DNA of 54,474 nucleotides from a bacterium (GTDB lineage Bacteria; Babelota; Babeliae; Babelales; RVW-14): NCBI GenBank assembly GCA_043822925.1, contig JBDRBF010000060.1, positions 1 to 54,474 of the forward strand, read 5' to 3'. Shown piece by piece: positions 53,798 to 54,474 of this stretch (position 1 is its first letter; each line of letters starts with the position of its first letter). The notes under the pieces were generated by a model. It saw only the letters and a program-made list of their open reading frames with translations, ran no database searches and was not told where the DNA came from. The position numbers and the translations under genes were made by a program.

Positions 53798-54474
53798 CTA
53801 TTCGTTGACTCTTACGCCCCAGTGTCCAGGATAAACCCATGCACCAGATGCAGAATCTCTGACCGGGAAGCCAACATTATCGAGTTTTGTTGCTGTAGCA
53901 CCAAGCAGTGTTGTTAATTCTGATGTTTTTGTTAGATAATCTGTGTCATTGGTGAGTGTTCTTATGTTTAATAAGTTGCTTTGATACAAAGTTTTTGATT
54001 GTGTATCAAAAAATACTGAACCATCGGTGCCTATATAGTGGCGATACGCGCCCAGGTCAAACATAAGTGAAGCATCGTTGCCGTCTTTGTCTTTTATCGG
54101 TGTGATGACGTTTGCATCATCAGCAGCTGCTGCATCGACAAAGAAACGATAAATCTTGCCTGTATCTGTGTCATAGTTTATTGCAAATACGTACAAATTA
54201 CCTTTTTCTGAAGTTACTGCTTTGTTAGATGAAACATACAATAATTGTACAGGTACGCCGTCAATCATTGACGAGCCATCTGCTTTATTAAGCGCAGCTT
54301 TTTTAATGCCGGTTGCTGCTTTAGGAGCAACAAATAAACCGGTTGTTGTTGCAACAATAAGCTTTGTATTATTTATCATGAGCATATCAAGCCCGTAGCC
54401 CTGTTCTTTGGTGAAATTCAAGACGATATTTGCTGCAGCAGCATTTTGTAAGATTGCTCCTGTTGAGAAATCGA
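53798..54474 (-). CDS. hypothetical beta-rich protein, 5'-truncated by the window edge
   Basis: The frame of the listed ORF stays open to the window end. Confidence 0.75.
   Translation of the reverse strand, partial: DFSTGAILQNAAAANIVLNFTKEQGYGLDMLMINNTKLIVATTTGLFVAPKAATGIKKAALNKADGSSMIDGVPVQLLYVSSNKAVTSEKGNLYVFAINYDTDTGKIYRFFVDAAAADDANVITPIKDKDGNDASLMFDLGAYRHYIGTDGSVFFDTQSKTLYQSNLLNIRTLTNDTDYLTKTSELTTLLGATATKLDNVGFPVRDSASGAWVYPGHWGVRVNE

Noticed and set aside
1-54474. rRNA, tRNA, transposase or integrase genes
   Set aside because: None recognised by eye; a tRNAscan/Infernal/ISEScan run would be needed to exclude them formally.

Overview
AT-rich bacterial chromosome segment. Gene content and style (conserved housekeeping genes interleaved with arrays of orphan signal-peptide proteins) are consistent with a host-associated bacterium such as Candidatus Dependentiae/Babelota (TM6); this is an inference, not a demonstrated assignment. 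Core genes: uvrC, acs, murG, dciA-like, typA, rpsF-rpsR, lon, lolD-like and murJ, plus NhaC and OPT transporters and a beta-carbonic anhydrase. Main points: (1) A mosaic mevalonate pathway. An archaeal-style HMG-CoA synthase/thiolase/DUF35 module with a class II HMG-CoA reductase and MVK converges on bacterial-type PMK and MvaD, with an AbrB-Doc toxin-antitoxin pair between the two halves. (2) Several families of short palindromic repeats. One is a bipartite two-hairpin element with co-varying stems. Another is a 31-35 bp element found inserted precisely, without target duplication, inside two unrelated palindrome families. (3) Arrays of orphan exported proteins that share promoter/RBS/signal-peptide cassettes and often have Met directly after the predicted cleavage site. 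One has a bipartite NLS-like motif, another a histone-H1-like tail. No rRNA, tRNA, CRISPR array or transposase was recognised. All homology calls come from reading motifs by eye; no searches were run.
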